This document shows, one piece after another, positions 63,997-64,000 of a stretch of DNA of 64,000 nucleotides (position 1 is the stretch's first letter; each line of letters begins with the position of its first letter). Origin of the DNA: an uncultured Bacilli bacterium (lineage in GTDB: Bacteria > Bacillota_I > Bacilli_A > RF39 > UBA660). The position numbers and the translations under genes are program-made. Below the pieces are notes generated by a model that saw only the letters and a list, made by a program, of their open reading frames with translations, was not told the origin of the DNA and ran no database searches. The stretch is from positions 1,309 to 65,308 of the forward strand of contig CALVSY010000004.1 of NCBI GenBank assembly GCA_944359725.1, written 5' to 3'.

Positions 63997-64000
63997 AAAC

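Noticed and set aside
1-64000. CRISPR arrays, rRNA or tRNA genes, transposases, integrases and long dispersed repeats.
   Set aside because: Scanning the intergenic regions showed no regularly spaced repeats. No GC-rich structured RNA genes were seen, and no ORF had transposase or integrase motifs. All intergenic gaps are under 320 nt except the uvrB-uvrA spacer, which the dinD relic explains.

Overview
This is a 64-kb chromosomal segment from a very AT-rich (roughly 28-30% GC by eye) endospore-forming Bacillota genome. UGA is a stop codon, because prfB is present with a UGA frameshift site. I support about 70 genes, and nearly all are on the + strand. The backbone is origin-proximal housekeeping in a Bacillus-like order: mnmG-rsmG, spoIID-spoIIQ-spoIIID-mbl, csp, hpf-secA-prfB, ftsEX-M23, uvrB-uvrA, lgt, trxB, whiA, parAB, ychF, rpsF-ssb-rpsR, rplI-dnaB, yycJ-rlmH, ung, gerQ, dusB, clpC-like and cysS. 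I saw no rRNA, tRNA, CRISPR array or intact mobile element. Accessory or unusual content sits between these blocks. (1) A complete agr-type quorum-sensing locus, including a 41-codon agrD that the ORF track misses. (2) A lone minus-strand DUF6273-like gene wedged between trxB and whiA. (3) A roughly 6.5-kb insertion between the DUF951 gene and ychF, carrying an AbgT transporter, a FIST-aldehyde dehydrogenase-SDR operon and two divergent tandem paralogs of unknown function, each with a related promoter. (4) An unknown gene plus mazEF between ychF and rpsF. (5) A SipW-type signal peptidase fused to a polytopic membrane domain, translationally adjacent to a two-TM protein with a long disordered tail. 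(6) Gene relics: a dinD remnant between uvrB and uvrA, a frameshifted YhcG nuclease and a split GNAT. All family calls come from motif recognition by eye. No database search was run.
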